DNA from: Eledone cirrhosa
Taxonomy: Eukaryota
Assembly: GCA_964016885.1 (NCBI GenBank)
Contig: OZ024742.1
Coordinates: 40,672,001 to 40,736,000 of the forward strand
DNA length: 64,000 bases
Direction: 5' to 3'
Shown here: positions 58,009 through 64,000 of the stretch, in pieces
How positions within the stretch are numbered: the first letter of the stretch is position 1
Layout: every line of letters begins with the position of its first letter
Translations under genes and position numbers: made by a program
Notes under the pieces: model-generated
What the model was told of the DNA's origin: nothing
Database searches by the model: none
What the model saw: only the letters and a program-made list of their open reading frames with translations

Positions 58009-59242
58009 CACACACATATATATAAGTATGTAAAAAAACATAGATATAAAAACACACATACACACACACATATACACATACACGCGCACATACGTATGCA
58101 TTCGTATACATATATAAACACGTATACGCACATATGCACACTTACACGCATACATACAATATTAAAACCAGCCGTATGAATAAATGAGTACAAATTATAC
58201 GCAAGTAAACATACATAAAAGCGGCTGAGGGACAACAGAATATATCTGGAGTTGAAAACGCAAGTGACATGTTTTATCAGGTAGTGAAAGAAAAGGGGGA
58301 AGTAAAATATGTAAAATTGTGAAGATATAAAGTAAATCAAAAAGCAGGTGGGTGGGGGGTCACTGGTGGATGTGAAGTAAAAATAAAGTTAAAAATAAAA
58401 ATAAATGTAATTCAGAAAGAGAAGTCTGTAAAGAAGGTAAGTTAAGGAAAGTGAAGAACAAGAGTTTATGGAGGATAAGTATCTGAAAGTGAGTTAAGTT
58501 TATATGAGCTGGAAAGCAAGTGTGATTTCATGTGTGGGCAACTGGTGAAAATTTCTGTTTTTGCATTTAGGCAGGTTTTTGGTGATTTAAGGTTCTGTAA
58601 AATCCAATATTTTTCACTTATGCAGAGTGCGTATCTTCTTGTTCCTCTTCCATGTTCTTTAGATTAATTCAAAATTGACCAATCTAATTTATATTGGATA
58701 CCTTGGTCTTTCAAATCCCATATTCTGCTAGCCAGAGCTGATGTAAATCTTTTCTCAGGATGTCGGAAAGATGCCACATGTGTGTAATAACGCGTTTTGA
58801 ATGTGTCATACCCACATATCGTTCGCTGGTGGCTGGTAGGTTGTTGCTGGTGGTTGTCACTTTAGCCGCATATACAATGGCTTTGGTGTTGCATTTACCT
58901 TGTAATGGACATTCACTTTTGACTCTACAGGAGCAATTTTGATGTTCTCTGGGTATTTTCTAATTGAGGATATAAGATTTAATAGGGGGACTGCAGGAGT
59001 AGCTGATTTTGACACAGTTTCTATTGAAGATTTTATAGTATCTATGTGTTCTAGGGAAATGTTTATCTAAGAGCTCTAGGAATGTTTTGCCTACATTAGT
59101 TTTAACTGTTAAAGAGTAGGGGTGTGTGAACCAGATTATTTTTCTTTTCCTATTATTATGTTTAAAGGAGTTAATATTGTTGGGTATGTACTTAATCGGT
59201 TCGCTAAATCCGCTATTTTGAAGGGCTTTATTATAGTAGGGG

Positions 59243-59546
59243 CTCCCAAAGGAGTACTGAGTGCAATGTCAACTCTGAATGTCGGTGAGCATGTCCAGCT
59301 AACCTCAGTCTCCTCTGTGTCACTTTTGAGCTGACTTTTGGGATGCTCCCATACAGCTCTGAGTTTTTCATCCTACATGGACACACTAGAAGAGGAAGAC
59401 CAAGGTTAACGTATGTTGATGCCCTAAGGACAGACACTGGTCTGTTGGAGACGCAGGACATGGCAGCGATAATGAGGGACAGAGACCGCTGGAGAGAACT
59501 CGTCCATGGATCTCGGGAATTTTACCCACCTTAGATAGATAGATAG
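59243..59546 (+). mobile_element. 5'-inverted RTE-type LINE 3' fragment inserted in the Penelope ORF
   Basis: 13-bp TSD attatagtagggg (59230-59242, 59547-59559); (TAGA)n tail; RRLRLAGH...LLWEP on minus and HGHTRRGRPRLTY on plus. Confidence 0.9.
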
Positions 59547-61126
59547 ATTATAGTAGGGGATGCCTTATTGAAATAGCTTCTGAGGAAGAGAGGGTGGAGA
59601 TCCTACGGCTAATATTAGGGATAAGATTTTTAAAAACTATAGGAGGATGGCAAGAGCCTTTATTTATATATTTTAAATTTTCATTAGGTTTATGGTACGG
59701 TTTATAAGAAGCAGTAGGCAGATTTAGGTTTATATCTAGAAAATTAACATTAGAAAGGTTAGTGTCAATGGTAATTTTAAGATTAAAACTAGCGAAAGTT
59801 TTTATTAAGTCTTTCCTGAATCTATCTAAGTTATGTACTATAGTGGTATGGGAAAGTATTACACTATCGTCGCGATAAAGCCCAAAGGTATGGTTAGGAA
59901 ATTTCTCTTTAAGTGTGTGTAGGAGGAATAGGCCGACTAAATCACACACGTCAGCACTGTCAAAAGAACCCATTGAGACATCGAATGGGTTCTCTGGGTT
60001 AGATTTTTTTACCCAAGTGTCATTATTAGTAAATAGTAAAGTGTTTCTAGCATGCAAAATGACATTCTCTTCAATATCAGAAATATTGATAAACTTTCTA
60101 GCGAAATTTAATGCTTTCGTTAAAAGAGGGTGAGTAATAGACGGGTAGAAGTCTACAATGTCAAATTGGATGATTCTAGAACTATTTTTATCTTTAATAT
60201 TATTAAACCAATGTACTACGGAAGTGCTATTTATCCATTGGAGTAATTCAGACTTACTTCTAATATGTTTATATTATTTAATATTTTTTGCTAGCAAGAC
60301 CGATTTCAGTCTTGGCAGGGTTGATTAATCTACAACTAGGACGATTATAAAATCAGGTTTGTGATCTTTGATGGGGATATAGGCATTACGTTTTGCAAGT
60401 TTTTCTGTTCTATTGTCTATTTTTAAAAAACTAGCTAATTCTTTAGCTTCCTTATTAATAGTAGTATAGGTGTTTATATTAGCCATTTGGTATTTAGAGG
60501 TGATGTTATCTGTTAAGAGTTGGTTATGTAAGTTATTATTAACTTCGTATAAGTTTTTAGTTTTGTCAGAGAAAATGAACTTATTTTTTAGAAGATTTAA
60601 ATATTGAAATATCGTTAGATAGTTTAGATTGAAAAGGGTTAGAGTACTTACGGAATTTGATTTGGTTGATTAAATTAACTAAATCTAGTTCAAAAGTGGT
60701 CATATCTTTTACTCTTTGCGGGTATTTATGAGACTTGATATCAAAATATTCTGTAGAGACCGTGTTAAAGTGTCCATCGAAAATCAAAGCTTTCCATCTC
60801 ATTCTTTTAACAACTTTCTCTACTTTGTCTATCAACATTTTAGTGTAGGAAGTGTTAGAAGGTGTTGGGATATTCTTGATGGAGTAATCTAAATGATGTC
60901 TATCCATGTTCAGTATTGGTTAAAAATCCTTTTGACTGAAGAGTGCTCGACTTTAAAAGGGCTGGAAGGTGCCAATCTCATAAAAATGTAGAATATGCTA
61001 CGATCATTCCCTTGGGAGCTGTATAAGTATTGAAGTTTCCGTTGAAAATTGAAAAAGTCATAGGAGTGAAGAGTGCTCTATGTAAGTTATAGAGCTAAAT
61101 TTAATGTATAATAAACAATACAATAT

Positions 61127-61204
61127 AATTACCTCATTACCAGAGGTTTCCCGAATAAGACGAATACAAGAAACGTCCTCATTCGTTCGTCAGACAAGGC
61201 AATT
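61127..61204 (-). ncRNA. Hammerhead in the 5' pseudo-LTR (family H6)
   Basis: Helix I AATTGCCTTGT/ATGAGGTAATT; CTGACGA; helix II CGAATGA-G-GACG/CGTC-TTATTCG; GAA-ACC-TCT-GGT-A. Confidence 0.82.
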
Positions 61205-61828
61205 TAAAACAGTGAAATATTTGAAAAATCTCCTCAAGATTTTTTCTAGTGTTACTTTATAATTGATAACCCCTCCCTCTTACTTTCTCTTTAATTTAAT
61301 TTTTTTATTCTCATATATTTTTTCATTTTCATATTTTATATTTTTTTATATATATGTATCGACCTTCAGCCTGACACTGCTTTGACTGATACACTCCCTT
61401 CCCTGTATATATCACATGTATGTGGTTGCGCGTGTGTGTGTGTGTGTGTTTATACGCGTGCTTTCATACTTGTATGTGTATATATTTCAATCCTTAGTCC
61501 CTGAGTCTGTATATACGCTAACTCTATTATCTTACAATTTCTTTTTTCAACATATATTATATACGTATTTGTGGTCACACATACACTGATATGCTTGCTC
61601 TCATGTATGTACTTACGCACACATTTTTTCACTATAGACATGCATTTGTACATACACACATATGTACATTTGTAGGTGCATATACACACATTTATACACA
61701 TACCCTTACTATATTTCCTTATTTTATTTTTTATATATCTCTTGCATTACTTTTATTTATATATTTTTTTTGCCCGTTAAACTTTTGCTTTTCTTGGGGA
61801 GATTTTTCAAATATTTCACTATGTTTTA

Positions 61829-61906
61829 AATTGCCTTGTCTGACGAACGAATGAGGACGTTTCTTGTATTCGTCTTATTTGGGAAACCTCTGGTAATGAG
61901 GTAATT
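61829..61906 (+). ncRNA. Hammerhead in the inverted pseudo-LTR (family H6)
   Basis: Same motif as 61127-61204 on the plus strand. Confidence 0.78.
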
Positions 61907-61998
61907 ATATTGTATTGTACATTAAGTTTAGCTCTGTAACTTACATAGAACACTCTTCACTCCTATGACTTTTTCAATTTTCAACGGAAACTTCAATA

Positions 61999-62102
<104 letters not shown>

Positions 62103-63192
62103 CAGTATCCGTCCACCAAATTGCAATCACAAGGCTTTAGTCACATGAGGTTATAATAGAAGACACTTGACAGACAAAGACACAAACGTAAACACACACA
62201 CAGACTCTCACACACACACACAACCCACACACCACACGCACACAATTATATGTAAATAGAGAGAGATTGATGTATATGTGTATGTGTTTGACCTCCATTG
62301 TTTCCGATCATGAGTGCTTCAGTTGAACCACCGGATCAGTGTGCTAATGAAATTAGCATGTAAGTGGCTGAGTATTCCACAAACACATTTGAAATATGAT
62401 AGTACTTAAAACGTTCAAACATTAACTGAATGAACAGTAGATAGAACGTAAATTTTATTTTCTGAATAGAAAACAGACTGGAATTTCCAATTTCTAGCTT
62501 TGTTGCTCCATATGTTCGGTTTCTGTAATTTCCCTCTAAAAAATTCCCACAAGACATTGATCAACTCAATGATATAAATAGTAAAAGACACTTGCCCAAT
62601 GTGCAATCACTGAGCAGCGGGATTGAACTCTAACCCAGAGGGCTGCAAAGCAAACTGATTAACCATATAGCTGTGCTTATGTCTAAAGTCTGTCTTAGGC
62701 CGGTGCTAATCCCGGTTTCATGGCGTGAAACGGCCGAGAGTACAAAACTCCTCACTGGACAGGACGACAGTCCATCGGCGATTTAAACTCCCAGCTATTT
62801 CTGGTATTCATTTTCAGCTGAGTATACAGGAGCAACGTGAAATGAAGTGTTTTACTCAATAACACAACACGCAACCCAGCTCAGGAATCGAACCCATGAT
62901 ATTATGATCGTATATCCAACAGCCTTACCACTAGGGTACGTGACTCCACTGTGCTTAACCTATTGGAGTGGGGAAAAAACAGACACAGAAGAAAACTATA
63001 GCAAATAAAAAAAAAATGGAGAAGGCAAGCAGAAGTTCAACCATTGAATCTTTAATTTATCTGATGCTATAACGCCACCAGACAACTGGCTTTGATATCT
63101 GTGGTATTTTAGCGAATTATTTTCATTGGAAACACCACTTCCTGAATTAATATCCTATTTCATATGGTTTTTGTTTTTCTTTACCTTTTTCG

Positions 63193-64000
63193 GTGGTGGT
63201 GGTGGTGATGGTGATGATGCTACTGCTGCTGTCGTTGGAGCTGGTGCTGGTACTGTTGTTGGTGCTGGTGATGGTGCTGGTGCTAGTATTGGTGCTGGTA
63301 CTGTTGTTGGTGCTGGTGATGGTGCTGGTGCTAGTATTGGTGCTGGTAGTGTTGTTGGTGCTGGTGATGGTGCTGGTGCTAGTATTGGTGCTGGTAGTGT
63401 TGTTGGTGCTGGTGATGGTGCTGGTGCTAGTATTGGTGCTGGTACTGTTGTTGGTGCTGGTGATGGTGCTGGTGCTAGTATTGGTGCTGGTACTGTTGTT
63501 GGTGCTGGTGCTGGTGCTAGTATTGGTGCTGGTACTGTTGTTGGTTCTGGTGATGGTGCTGGTGCTAGTATTGGTGCTGGTACTGTTGTTGGTTCTGGTG
63601 ATGGTGCTGGTGCTAGTATTGGTGCTGGTACTGTTGTTGGTTCTGGTGATGGTGCTGGTGCTAGTATTGGTGTTGGTACTGTTGTTGGTTCTGGTGATGG
63701 TGCTGGTGCTAGTATTGGTGTGGTAGTGTTGTTGGTGCTGGTGATGGTGCTGGTGCTAGTATTGGTGCTGGTACTGTTGTTGGTGCTGGTGATGGTGCTG
63801 GTGCTAGTATTGGTGCTGGTACTGGTGTTGGTGCTGGTGATGGTGCTGGTGCTAGTATTGGTGCTGGTACTGTTGTTGGTGCTGGTGATGGTGCTGGTGG
63901 TGCTAGTATTGGTGCTGGTACTGTTGTTGGTGCTGGTGCTGGTGCTAGTATTGGTGCTGGTACTGTTGTTGGTGCTGGTGCTGGTGCTAGTATTGGTGCT
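63193..64000. repeat. 48-bp triplet-structured minisatellite running off the window end
   Basis: Unit GGTGCTGGTACTGTTGTTGGTGCTGGTGATGGTGCTGGTGCTAGTATT with 42-bp and 51-bp variants. Confidence 0.93.

Noticed and set aside
63193-63726. Plus-strand Val/Leu ORF as a membrane protein
   Set aside because: By-product of the triplet minisatellite

Overview
AT-rich, microsatellite-dense eukaryotic intergenic or intronic DNA. The SINE families and the repeat landscape look like an octopus/cephalopod genome (inference from resemblance, not searched). No host gene is confidently present, and almost all listed ORFs are microsatellite artefacts or transposon remnants. Mobile content: RTE-type LINE fragments (two with 5' inversions), R4/Dong-type REL-endonuclease LINEs in (TAA)n and (TACA)n, two mariner relics, a hATm-like transposase, several MITEs, many tRNA-type SINEs, and one nearly complete Penelope-like element (57.3-62.0 kb). 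The strongest signal is non-coding. About 13 type-I hammerhead ribozyme (HHR) motifs from roughly 8 unrelated sequence families can be folded by eye, with CUGANGA/GAAA cores, helices I-III, often palindromic helix-III loops, compensatory changes and a U3-A8 core variant. Most sit in short ORF-less modules next to (TA)n tracts. Many of these modules are fold-back palindromes whose inversion junctions fall in or next to the ribozyme, and one pair brackets a captured LINE fragment. HHRs in Penelope repeats are established. The density, the diversity and the junction clustering here are what merit follow-up. All folds and coordinates were read manually and are approximate.
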